From an uncultured Salinisphaerales bacterium (lineage in GTDB: Bacteria; Pseudomonadota; Gammaproteobacteria; Nevskiales; CAZYIP01), in contig CAZYIP010000003.1 in assembly GCA_964646895.1 (NCBI GenBank), positions 1-40,441 of the forward strand: a DNA stretch of 40,441 nt, written 5' to 3'. Numbering within the stretch: the stretch's first letter is position 1; every line of letters begins with the position of its first letter. The notes under the pieces were generated by a model that did not search any database, was not told the origin of the DNA, and saw nothing but the letters and a program-made list of their open reading frames with translations. Position numbers and translations under genes: made by a program. Shown piece after piece: positions 1-10,619 of this stretch.

Positions 1-565
1 GAGCCCCAGGATACAAGCTCGGCAGCGGCAAGCATCCATGTTGCAGCACTGCCGGCGACCCCTCCCGTTTCATTCGATTTCGTCATCAATCAATAGCCAC
101 GCCTGCATCAGCTTTGTCGAGTGTAGACGTGACTCTTCTATCTTTTTGTCATGCGGCACGATCAACCGAATTCCGGCCTGTCACATGATGCCAGCCGGTA
201 TGAACAGTGTTACACCATGATGACCTGCCGGGAAACCACTTGGCTGCTGCTTGCCGGATCCAGGCCGCCCAGGGTGTCCAAACACAAGACGCATCAGATC
301 GCCAAGCAGTATAAAGACCAGAACTATGAACACTTCGCCGGCTAAAGCAGGGAAGAGTCTGCTAACCCCCAACCTTAAACCCTCGCAGCCTCGCTGGGGA
401 CAGAGACATGCCGCTTCACTGCCGTCTGCAAACAAGAGTGAAGACGAGAAAACAAATCTCGCTACCGATGGCTCAGAGCCGCACAAGGATTAGAGAAGGG
501 AAAATCGGACGACGACTTCATGCCGTCCGATTGAATCACCACCCAGCTGACCTTACACCAAATGT

Positions 566-587
566 GAGCCTGAAAGAGCGCAGGCTT
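566..587 (-). terminator. possible hairpin terminator downstream of the phn operon
   Basis: GAGCCTG-N8-CAGGCTT inverted repeat about 25 bp past the last phnE stop; no strong U-tract. Confidence 0.25.
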
Positions 588-611
588 ATGGAGCACTGCG
601 GGCTTCGTCTC

Positions 612-1460
612 TCATGCAATGGCCGAGGCGACCCGCCTACGCACCCACGCCGACAGGAGTTCGGACGCAATCACTACTACGATTATTGAAAGAAGTATTG
701 CAGCCACTTGATGCAATTCCACTTTCTGCATGCTCTCTCGCAGGTACCAACCCATACCACCTGCACCGAAGAAGCCGACTACCGTTGCGGCCCGAAAAAC
801 CACGTCCCATGTGTATATTGAGATCCCCGTCCAGCTCACGCGCACCTGCGGTAATACGGCGTAGACGAACACTGGTAATTCCCCGGCACCGGTCGCGCGA
901 ATCGCATCGATCGGTCCACGCTCTATTTTCTCGACAGCCTCCGAAAACAGCTTACCGGTAAATCCGATGCAGAACAGAGTCAGTGCCACGACACCGGGAA
1001 GAAATCCGAACCCCAAAATCGCGACCAGCAGGATGGTCCAGATCATCTCGTGCACTGAACGACATCCCATGATGGCGAGCCGGGCAAAAGGATATCCGAG
1101 ACGCTTACTCGGAGTCATGTTGAATGCCGCAAACCAGGCAAGCGGCACCGAGATCAGAATACCGAATACTGACGCGAGATAGGACATCTGCAGTGTTTCC
1201 AGGACTGAATGCAGATATTCGGGACGCAAAACATGCTCTACGTCAGGGGGATAATAGCGCTCGGCAAGTACGGCGCCAAGGCGGCCCAGGATGCCGGGTA
1301 TGCGCTCGACATTGATGTTCAGTGCTTCTAGCGCGTAGCCGATAAACATCAGCATCCCGAGGATGGCAGCATATTTGTACAAGCTCTGGGGATAACGAAA
1401 ACGGCGCCATTCAGGCGGTGACCCCTGTCCCGCTTCGCGGCCCGCAGCCTGGTCCGGCAT
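612..1460 (-). CDS. phnE: phosphonate ABC transporter permease
   Basis: Hydrophobic ABC permease with PhnE-type motifs (RSVHEMIW, EAA-like loop GPIDAIRATGA, GAGGMG). Start placed at MPDQ, which has a GGAGA RBS. Confidence 0.9.
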   Translation of the reverse strand: MPDQAAGREAGQGSPPEWRRFRYPQSLYKYAAILGMLMFIGYALEALNINVERIPGILGRLGAVLAERYYPPDVEHVLRPEYLHSVLETLQMSYLASVFGILISVPLAWFAAFNMTPSKRLGYPFARLAIMGCRSVHEMIWTILLVAILGFGFLPGVVALTLFCIGFTGKLFSEAVEKIERGPIDAIRATGAGELPVFVYAVLPQVRVSWTGISIYTWDVVFRAATVVGFFGAGGMGWYLRESMQKVELHQVAAILLSIIVVVIASELLSAWVRRRVASAIA

Positions 1461-1494
1461 CGCGATTTCTCCGGGGTCCGGCGAAGCTGTATAT

Positions 1495-2310
1495 TTAAAT
1501 GACGGCTTTGCGCACATAGCGGGAGACCACTTCACCAATCAGGATGAGGACGAGCACAACCAGCACCACGGCGGTAATACCACCATAGTTGTAGAGTGCC
1601 ATTTGTCTGAACAAAGCAAACCCCAGGCCGCCCGCCCCCACCAGGCCCATAATGGTCGAGCGACGGATATTGATATCCCATTCAAAGATTGCATTGCCCA
1701 AAAATACTGGGATAACCTGGGGCACCACCGCAAACAGCAGAATCTGGAACTTGTTGGCGCCAACTGCGCGCATCGCGTCTACCGGCCCTGAATCGATATC
1801 CTCGATCGCCTCGGCAACCGTCTTCGACACGAAGCCGACTGAGCGCACGGCCATTGCCAATATACCGGCTAACGCTCCCAGACCCACTGCAGACACGAAT
1901 ATGAGCGCCCATACAATTTCATGTATCGAGCGCGAGAACGTCATCAGCAGCCTACCCAAGGGGTAAGAGATGATGGGCAATGGGGTAACATTCAACGCGC
2001 CCAGCCACGCTACGGGAATCGCCAACACCAACCCTAACAGAGTCGCCAGAGTTGCCATCAGCAAGGTCTCCCAGGCTGGCTTGATCAACTCCGGAATGAT
2101 GCTGAGATCGACTTTCAGGAATTCGAACAGGGTCTTGCCGACTGACCCACTTGCCAGCCGAGCCCAATCGGTACCCGCGATTACGAGGACATCGACACTC
2201 CAGCCAACGACCGCGAAAATGGCTAAATAGAGACCATAGCGGAGAGCTCGGCTATGCCAGCGTCGCGAGGAAATCTGCGCAATCTTCGCATCCAGCATCG
2301 CAGCAGTCAT
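1495..2310 (-). CDS. phnE: phosphonate ABC transporter permease (second copy)
   Basis: RSIHEIVWAL, GPVDAMRAVGA and WDINIRRSTIMGLVGAGGLG motifs; start overlaps the phnC stop. Confidence 0.92.
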   Translation of the reverse strand: MTAAMLDAKIAQISSRRWHSRALRYGLYLAIFAVVGWSVDVLVIAGTDWARLASGSVGKTLFEFLKVDLSIIPELIKPAWETLLMATLATLLGLVLAIPVAWLGALNVTPLPIISYPLGRLLMTFSRSIHEIVWALIFVSAVGLGALAGILAMAVRSVGFVSKTVAEAIEDIDSGPVDAMRAVGANKFQILLFAVVPQVIPVFLGNAIFEWDINIRRSTIMGLVGAGGLGFALFRQMALYNYGGITAVVLVVLVLILIGEVVSRYVRKAVI

Positions 2311-3056
2311 AAAACCTCCATCGCATAGATTCCTTCGAGAGTGCCTTCGTCCAGCTCGCTCGGTACGCCTTCGAACTTCTTGACACCATCCTGGAGACCG
2401 ATGACACGTGTACAGAATGCCGTGGCCAGGTCAACGTCATGAATGTTGCAAAGTACCGGGATGTGGAACTCCCGAGCTATCTCAGTAATGAGTATCATCA
2501 CTTCACGCGCAATTTTCGGATCGAGACTCGAAGTCGGCTCATCCACCAAAAGCAGTTTGGGATTTTGGATGAGCGCCCGGGCGATACCAACACGCTGACG
2601 CTGGCCTCCGCTTAGCTGGTCGGCTCGCTTGTCGACATGCTCTGATAAGCCGACGCGATCCAAAAGCGTAAGCGCCTGTCTGATATCGCTTTTCGTGAAT
2701 GCACGAAACAGACTACGCACAATGCCCGTGTAGCCAAGTCTTCCAGTCAATACGTTGTCGATTACAGAAAGACGCTCGATCAGGTTGAATTCCTGAAAAA
2801 TCATCCCGATGTGCCGACGCGTTTCGCGCAATGCAGACTGATTCATTGCGACAATATCTTTGCCAAGAAAGGCAATCTTTCCGTTGTTCGGCTCCACTAA
2901 CCTGTTGATGCAACGGATGAGCGTCGATTTACCCGCACCACTCGGCCCGATGATCGCAAAGAAGTCATCGGCAGTGACCGTAAAGCTGATATCTTTCAGT
3001 ATCTGCCGACCAGAGTACCCTGCGCTCAGGTCACGAACCTCCAGAACCGATTGCAT
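2307..3056 (-). CDS. phnC: phosphonate ABC transporter ATP-binding protein
   Basis: Walker A GPSGAGKS, IFQEFNLIERL, LSGGQRQRVGIARAL, DEPTSSLDP; GGAGG RBS before MQSV. Confidence 0.93.
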   Translation of the reverse strand: MQSVLEVRDLSAGYSGRQILKDISFTVTADDFFAIIGPSGAGKSTLIRCINRLVEPNNGKIAFLGKDIVAMNQSALRETRRHIGMIFQEFNLIERLSVIDNVLTGRLGYTGIVRSLFRAFTKSDIRQALTLLDRVGLSEHVDKRADQLSGGQRQRVGIARALIQNPKLLLVDEPTSSLDPKIAREVMILITEIAREFHIPVLCNIHDVDLATAFCTRVIGLQDGVKKFEGVPSELDEGTLEGIYAMEVL

Positions 3057-3115
3057 GCTGCTCCTCCCAAGGTGCGCGGCCCGTGGCATTACCGAGCCAC
3101 GGGCCGTCCCTCCCG

Positions 3116-4048
3116 TTAGTCGGCAGCGGCCTGCCGGACGATGTCGTAGTCCGAGTCCTTCATCGGCACGAATTTCTCAGCGTGCACGTTATCCAGATAC
3201 TTGCGGCCCTCCGGTGTCTTGTCGAGATCAAGGAACGATTGGGCGATTTTCTCCCTGAGGTCGGGGCACAACGCACTGCGGTACACGAACGGGTCTTGCG
3301 GGATCAGCGGCGACGTCCACAAATAGTTGAAATCGTCGACCTTAACCTTGCCCGCCTCGACAGTGTTCATGAATCGATGAGTGGCAACGAAAGCCGCATC
3401 CGCCTTGCCCTGATCCACCGCAATCGCTGACAGATCGTGGCCGCCTGAATAGGCAATACGTGAAAAATATTTGTCAAGAGGCATGTTGATCACTTTCGTA
3501 AACAAAGCCTTTGGTATCAAAGCCCCAGATGTACTGGCGGGATCAACCAGCAGCAGCAGTGAGTCTTTGAGAGACTCGATCGACGTAAACTTTGTGCCTT
3601 TCTTGGTGATCAACGTTGCCTTGTACCCAGGCCCTGCCTCCTGAATGCCATTTTTCTTTTTGTAGTAGGTAGCAAAGACCTCTATTGAAGGATCCTTCTT
3701 ATGTGCAATAACATAAGATTCAGGTCCCAGGGTAGCAATATCAACCCACTTGCCTAGCAGCGCTTGGACTACGGAAGCGTATGATGTCGGCATGTAGAAT
3801 TCAATCTTTTTGCCGGTATTTTTAGACAGGAGATCAAGCACTGGCTTGTATAGGGAAAGCTCCCGAACCGTATCCTGAGTTGGTATGATCGAATATCGTA
3901 GTACATCTGGGTTTTCACAGTCAGCCGCATGCGCAACGCCACCAATCACGAACACAGCAGCACATAAAACATAAACGGACCGGCGAACAGATTCTAGATA
4001 CCGCCGGGAAAGGTGTTTGCCAAGATGCTTACACAATGACATAAACAT
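3116..4048 (-). CDS. phnD: phosphonate/phosphite ABC transporter substrate-binding protein
   Basis: Signal peptide ending AHA; DPASTSG, SGGHD and SPLIPQDP motifs of the PhnD family; GAGGAGG RBS. Confidence 0.9.
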   Translation of the reverse strand: MFMSLCKHLGKHLSRRYLESVRRSVYVLCAAVFVIGGVAHAADCENPDVLRYSIIPTQDTVRELSLYKPVLDLLSKNTGKKIEFYMPTSYASVVQALLGKWVDIATLGPESYVIAHKKDPSIEVFATYYKKKNGIQEAGPGYKATLITKKGTKFTSIESLKDSLLLLVDPASTSGALIPKALFTKVINMPLDKYFSRIAYSGGHDLSAIAVDQGKADAAFVATHRFMNTVEAGKVKVDDFNYLWTSPLIPQDPFVYRSALCPDLREKIAQSFLDLDKTPEGRKYLDNVHAEKFVPMKDSDYDIVRQAAAD

Positions 4049-4163
4049 GCCGCCTCCTCGTTGCCCCGATTATTTTTTACCGCAAATGCACCTGGAGCAT
4101 GTAGTGGATTTGCAGCCTCATCTCTTTCAGTAATCCGTTACCCTCTCCGTAATATCCTGGTAA

Positions 4164-5261
4164 CTATTCCGCTACCGCGCCGATGAAGTTCTTGCCGCGT
4201 ACACCATCAAGCGCATTCGCGATCATTTGTTCCGCTTCCGCGGTGGACGCGCCATAGCTTTCGAAGCTTGTATCAACGTGGAGCGATTCCAGAAAACGCG
4301 TCAGGTAATCTGGCGCCTGGCGTAACTGGCATGGGAAGATCCGTTGCAAGGCTTCATCGCGATCCGGACGTTTTCCAATAGCTCGCTGCAGGACCATAGG
4401 CAACGTGAACGAACAAGCGATGCCATGCGGCACACCGTGACGCAATGTCATTTCGTACGAGATCGAGTGCGCGAGTGCCGTCTTGGTATTGGAAAAAGCG
4501 AGGCCCGCCTTCAACGCGGCGAGCGAGGCACTGGAACGGAGGGCGACGTTTTCGAGATCTGCCATCAGTCTCGGCAGTACCTCCACCATCTCCCGCGCAG
4601 CGGATATGGCAAAAGTATCTGAAACGGGATTGGCGTTAATGTTCCAGATCGACTCCAGCGCGTGGGAAAGGGCGTCAAGCCCGCTTTGCAGTGTGACCGA
4701 GGCAGGAAGAGTAAGCATCAATTCCGGATCGACGACAGCCGCTTCCGGCCACGTTTCCTTAAGATGTAGCGAGTACTTCTTCATCTTGAGCGAACGATCC
4801 CACACTGTGGCCCAAGGCGTTACCTCACTGCCGGTTCCGGCAGTCGTTGGTACGGCGATTAATGATTTTGTCCGCGGCGGCGTAAACGACGTGCCAGATA
4901 TCAACTGGTCCAGCAACTCTTCGAATTCACCTGCATTGGTACCGACCAGCAAAGTTTTGGCCGTATCTAGCGTGCTCCCTCCGCCCACCGCGACGACCAC
5001 ATCGCAATCCTGATGATCAGACCAAAATCGTTTGTACAGACGCGCCAGCCCGATCACATCAGGGTTCGGTTCAGTTTCACTTTCGACTGCGACAAGTGAT
5101 TTACCGAGGATTTCGGAGACACGCCCGGTAATCCCAAGATCCTCGGCTTCGGGAAAGGTAACGAGCACGGCCCTGCGATTGTGAACTTTCTGCCTTAACG
5201 TCTCCAAAGCGCCACGACCGAAGGTCGTCATAACCGGATTATGGTAGCTATAGATGCTCAT
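4164..5261 (-). CDS. iron-containing alcohol dehydrogenase, hydroxyethylphosphonate dehydrogenase/phosphonoacetaldehyde reductase-like
   Basis: GGGS NAD-binding motif, PTTAGTGSEVTPWATVWD, metal ligands in DALSHALES/ALAHS/VPHG; lies inside the phn operon. Alternative start 5276. Confidence 0.85.
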   Translation of the reverse strand: MSIYSYHNPVMTTFGRGALETLRQKVHNRRAVLVTFPEAEDLGITGRVSEILGKSLVAVESETEPNPDVIGLARLYKRFWSDHQDCDVVVAVGGGSTLDTAKTLLVGTNAGEFEELLDQLISGTSFTPPRTKSLIAVPTTAGTGSEVTPWATVWDRSLKMKKYSLHLKETWPEAAVVDPELMLTLPASVTLQSGLDALSHALESIWNINANPVSDTFAISAAREMVEVLPRLMADLENVALRSSASLAALKAGLAFSNTKTALAHSISYEMTLRHGVPHGIACSFTLPMVLQRAIGKRPDRDEALQRIFPCQLRQAPDYLTRFLESLHVDTSFESYGASTAEAEQMIANALDGVRGKNFIGAVAE

Positions 5262-5323
5262 GTGCCCGTGATCCATCGATTAATGGGTGAACAACCGCTT
5301 CCAGCTCTATTGGGAATGGCGAC

Positions 5324-6793
5324 TCACCACGGCATCGAATACGTTTTGACGTTGGTGTAACCCTTCATCGTTTCCACGACTCCCTCCTTATGGCCAAGGC
5401 CGGAGTCCTTGATACCGCCAAACGGTGTCAGCTCCAGGCGGTATCCGGGCACCTCGCGTACGTTGACGGTGCCGACATGGAGCTCGCTGACAAATCGGGT
5501 GATGTAATCCAGGCGATTGGTGCATACGGCCGACGACAACCCGTAGCTCGTCGAATTGACCAGGCGGATGGCGTCGTCGATGTCCCGGAACCGGATCAGG
5601 GGCGACACTGGCCCGAAGGTCTCGTATTTCACCAGCGCCATCTCCGGAGTAACCTGGTCTACCAGGGTCGGCGAATACAGGGCGCCCTTCCGCTCATTGC
5701 CATAGAGCAACTTCGCACCCTGTTCGACAGCATCGTTGACCAGCCCTTCGAACTTGCGGGCCGCTTCCTCGTCGATCACCGTTCCCATCTCCGTCGCGGG
5801 ATCCAGGGGATCGCCATATTTCAGCGCCCGGGTCTTCTCGAGCAGCAACTGCGTAAAAGGCTCAGCGATGCGCTCGTGTAACAAAATGCGCTTGACCGCG
5901 GTGCAACGCTGACCGGAATTCTTGTATGAACCGCCTGCCGCAAGAGTGGCAGCCTCTTCAAGGTCTGCGTCTTCCATGATGACCAATGGATCATTACCGC
6001 CGAGTTCCAGCACCTGGCGCTTGTAAACCGCTTTCGAGGCTATGTACTTGCCGATCGCCACTCCGCCGGTGAATGTCACCAGGTCGACGTCCGCATTGGT
6101 CAACATCTCGTCAGCGATTTCGCTGGGATCACCGGTGATCACCGAGAGCATCTGCGGCGGAAGCCCGGCCTCGTAGAGCACGTCGGCGAGCAATAGTGCG
6201 GCCAATGGTGTTTTTTCCGTTGGCTTCAATACCATGCGATTATTGGTGGCAATCGCTGGCGCAACCTTGTGGATCACCTGATTCAACGGGTGATTGAACG
6301 GTGTAATGGCGGAGATGACGCCAAGCAGCGGCTCGCGCATGGTGTAGACCTTGCGCCGCTTACCGTGATGCGTGAGATCGCAGGAGTAGATCTGCCCATC
6401 GTCCACCAACGCCTGATTGGCGGCGAACAACAGCACATCGGAGGCTCGCCCGACCTCGTAGAGTGTGTCCTTCAGGCACAGGCCGGATTCAAGCGTAATC
6501 AGACGTGCGATCTCATCCCGGCGTGAGGCAATGATGTCGCCTGCACGGGTCAGGATGGCATGACGATCGTAGCGGGTGAGCGGACTTTTGTACTCCCGGG
6601 CGATGCGAAACGCGCGCCGGACGTCTTCCACGGTCGCCTTGGGCACGGTGGCGATGACCTCGCCCGTGTACGGATAGCACACGTCGATCGTACGATCGCG
6701 CAAAACCTTTTCGCCGGCGATGCGCATGGCTTCGATGCGTACTTTGTCGCCGATGTCGCTTTTGTGGGTGCCTTCAACCGTAGTGGAAACCAT
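5324..6793 (-). CDS. phnY: phosphonoacetaldehyde dehydrogenase
   Basis: ALDH motifs ITPFNHPL, FTGG, LELGG and catalytic Cys in SGQRCTA; GYRLELTPFGGIKDSG tail; directly follows phnA. Confidence 0.9.
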   Translation of the reverse strand: MVSTTVEGTHKSDIGDKVRIEAMRIAGEKVLRDRTIDVCYPYTGEVIATVPKATVEDVRRAFRIAREYKSPLTRYDRHAILTRAGDIIASRRDEIARLITLESGLCLKDTLYEVGRASDVLLFAANQALVDDGQIYSCDLTHHGKRRKVYTMREPLLGVISAITPFNHPLNQVIHKVAPAIATNNRMVLKPTEKTPLAALLLADVLYEAGLPPQMLSVITGDPSEIADEMLTNADVDLVTFTGGVAIGKYIASKAVYKRQVLELGGNDPLVIMEDADLEEAATLAAGGSYKNSGQRCTAVKRILLHERIAEPFTQLLLEKTRALKYGDPLDPATEMGTVIDEEAARKFEGLVNDAVEQGAKLLYGNERKGALYSPTLVDQVTPEMALVKYETFGPVSPLIRFRDIDDAIRLVNSTSYGLSSAVCTNRLDYITRFVSELHVGTVNVREVPGYRLELTPFGGIKDSGLGHKEGVVETMKGYTNVKTYSMPW

Positions 6794-6818
6794 TGCCAGC
6801 CCTTCCTCAGTGTCGCAT

Positions 6819-8078
<1,260 letters not shown>

Positions 8079-8780
8079 CTAGTCAGCAGTGGCAATGCCA
8101 TATGCCTTGTGCATGCGCTGGCGGCTCGCTGTGGCGTGCTCGCGCATCACACGCCCGGCCGCATCCGCATCGCCGCTGGCAATGACATTAACGATGGAAC
8201 GGTGCTCCTCGTTGGAAACAGGCAAGCCGCCGCCCTCGATCAGTCCGTGGCGCCGGAACAGGTGCAGTTCCTTGATCAGACGCCGATAGGTCGCGATCAG
8301 CTTGCTGTTGCCGGTGAACTCGACCAGCAGGTCGTGGAAGCGCACATTGAGCGGGTGGTAGCGATCCACATCGCCCTGCGCGTTGGCCTCGTCCATCTCG
8401 TCGAGCAGCACATGCAACTGGTCCAGTTGCTCCGGCGTGATCAGCAGCGCCAGTTTGCGGCCAACAAGCTCGTCCAGCGCCTCGCGCAGGTCGTAGATTT
8501 CGTCGGCTTCCTCGACGGAAATCTTGCGCACGAATACGCCGCGGTTTTTTCTCGTGTACACCAGGCCGGCCTCTTCCAGGGTGCGAAAAGCCTCCCGGAT
8601 CGGGCCGCGGCTGGTATTGAACTTGAGTGCAAGTTCGCTCTCGTTGAGGCGCTCTCCGGGTCCGATCGCGCCTTGCAGAATCAGGCGCTCGATCTCCTCC
8701 TGTACGAGCATGGAGAGAGAACCCGTCTGCACCAATTGGAGTGGCGTCAAGCCTTCGGTATTCGTATTCATGCCAGACAT
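8079..8780 (-). CDS. phosphonate-utilization-associated GntR/FCD transcriptional regulator
   Basis: N-terminal wHTH (GERLNESELA...SRGPIREA) plus FCD domain (NVRFH, EEH); first gene of the phn operon. Start 8780 or 8771. Confidence 0.88.
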   Translation of the reverse strand: MSGMNTNTEGLTPLQLVQTGSLSMLVQEEIERLILQGAIGPGERLNESELALKFNTSRGPIREAFRTLEEAGLVYTRKNRGVFVRKISVEEADEIYDLREALDELVGRKLALLITPEQLDQLHVLLDEMDEANAQGDVDRYHPLNVRFHDLLVEFTGNSKLIATYRRLIKELHLFRRHGLIEGGGLPVSNEEHRSIVNVIASGDADAAGRVMREHATASRQRMHKAYGIATAD

Positions 8781-8796
8781 GAAAGCAGTCTTTTCG

Positions 8797-8815
8797 TTGA
8801 TTGTCAACAGTTGAC
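8797..8815. promoter_or_regulatory. putative GntR operator in the divergent promoter
   Basis: GTCAAC-A-GTTGAC inverted repeat (8803-8815) overlapping TTGA-TTG-TCAA (8797-8807), between the regulator and the Na/Pi transporter. Confidence 0.6.
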
Positions 8816-8879
8816 TACCAGCAGTAAACAGAGCATTAATAGCCAAAGAGTTTCCCATTAAAGAGCGCGGTTGCCCTCC

Positions 8880-10523
8880 ATGAACGAAATCTTGCTGCTG
8901 CTGGCCGGCTACATTGCCCTGCTGCTGTGGGGGATGCGCATGGTGCGCACGGGTATCGTCCGCGCCTACGGGCCACAGTTGCGGCGGATTCTCGGCACCG
9001 GCATGAAAAGCCGCTATGTGGGCTGGCTAAGCGGCCTGGGGGTCGCCACGTTGCTTCAAAGCAGCACGGCAACGGCGTTGCTCATGGCGTCCTTCGCCGG
9101 CGCCGGCCTGCTCGAACTGGCGCCGGCGCTGGCAATCCTGCTCGGCGCCAACGTGGGCTCTTCGGTTGTGGTGCAGCTGCTGTCGCTGGATCTCAGCTGG
9201 TTGCCGGCGCCGCTCCTCTTGGGTGGCGCACTCTGCTACCGGCTCGGGCGCTGGACCCGCCAGCGCGATCTGGGTGAAGCACTGGTCGGACTGGGGCTGA
9301 TGCTGCTGTCGTTGCAGATGATCGTGGCCAGTTCCACGCCGATCAGCGAGTCGAGTCTGCTGCAGCAGATGCTCGGATCACTCGCCGGAGCGCCGTTATT
9401 CACCGTAGCGATCGGCGCGGTGCTCGCAACCGTGACTCATTCGAGCCTCGCGATCCTGCTGCTGGTCATGTCGCTGGCGAACAATCTGCTGCCGCTGCCG
9501 GCAGCGCTGGCACTGGTGTTGGGTGCGAACCTCGGCAGCGCGATCCCGGCCGTCATGGATACCATGCAGGCCAATCCGGAAACCCGCCGCGTACCGATGG
9601 GCAATCTCATCTTCAAGCTGGTGGGGATCTCCATCGCCCTGCCCCTGCTGCCGCTGGCAACGACCTTCATGCCGTACGTCGAGGCCGATGCCGCGCGCCA
9701 GGTCGCTGACTATCACACGGCGTTCAACCTGGCGGTGAGTACGATATTCATCTTTCTGATCAAACCGGTCTCGCGGCTCCTGATGCGGCTGATACCGCCT
9801 CAGAACACCACACCGGACCCGGGGCGGCCGCGCTACCTGAGCAACGCGGAAGACGCCATCCCGGCGACCGTGCTCGCCTGCGCCGAACGCGAGGCGCTGC
9901 GCCTGGCCGACATCGTGGAGCAAATGGTGCACGACACCGAGGACGTATTCCGCCGTGACGACCGCAAGCTGTGCGACAAGGTCGAACGCATGGATGACGA
10001 TGTGGATCGGCTTTACGCCGCGATCAAATTCTATCTCACCCGGCTCGACCCGGAAGAGCTGGACGCCGACGATCAGGAGCGACTGAACGACACGATGGCA
10101 TTCATCACCAATCTGGAGCACATCGGCGACATCGTGGAAAAGAATCTCATGCAGACGGCGCGCAAGAAAATCAGCAATCAGCAGCAGTTTTCCAGCGAAG
10201 GATGGCACGAGATCGCCATGCTGCACGAAAAGCTCATGCGCGATTTCAAGCTTTCCGTCAACGCCTTCATCTCCCAGGACGAGACTGCGGCGCGCCAGCT
10301 TCTGGAAGAAAAACACAACTTTCGCACCCTCGAACAAGGTGCTTCACAGAGTCATATCGTCCGTCTGCAGCACAAGAAAGTGGCGAGCATCGAGACGAGC
10401 GCACTGCACCTGGACATCCTGCGCGACCTCAAGCGCATCAACTCGCACATCACCGCCGTCGCCTATCCCATCCTGGAGCGCGCTGCCAAAAGCGAGCAGG
10501 TATCCACGACGGAGCGGATCTGA
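8880..10523 (+). CDS. Na/Pi cotransporter family protein with C-terminal PhoU domains (YjbB-like)
   Basis: LQSSTAT and HSSLA repeats, GANVGSS/GANLGSA, PhoU-like tail (DDDVDRL, NLEHIGD, LRDLKRINSH). Confidence 0.9.
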   Translation: MNEILLLLAGYIALLLWGMRMVRTGIVRAYGPQLRRILGTGMKSRYVGWLSGLGVATLLQSSTATALLMASFAGAGLLELAPALAILLGANVGSSVVVQLLSLDLSWLPAPLLLGGALCYRLGRWTRQRDLGEALVGLGLMLLSLQMIVASSTPISESSLLQQMLGSLAGAPLFTVAIGAVLATVTHSSLAILLLVMSLANNLLPLPAALALVLGANLGSAIPAVMDTMQANPETRRVPMGNLIFKLVGISIALPLLPLATTFMPYVEADAARQVADYHTAFNLAVSTIFIFLIKPVSRLLMRLIPPQNTTPDPGRPRYLSNAEDAIPATVLACAEREALRLADIVEQMVHDTEDVFRRDDRKLCDKVERMDDDVDRLYAAIKFYLTRLDPEELDADDQERLNDTMAFITNLEHIGDIVEKNLMQTARKKISNQQQFSSEGWHEIAMLHEKLMRDFKLSVNAFISQDETAARQLLEEKHNFRTLEQGASQSHIVRLQHKKVASIETSALHLDILRDLKRINSHITAVAYPILERAAKSEQVSTTERI

Positions 10524-10619
10524 GTCAATCGCGGTCATGTGGCGCAAATCAGGGCACGGGGCGCTCTGAAACACGCTTTACTGTAAGGAGGCACTCCGCG
10601 ATCGACCGCATGATAGCCG

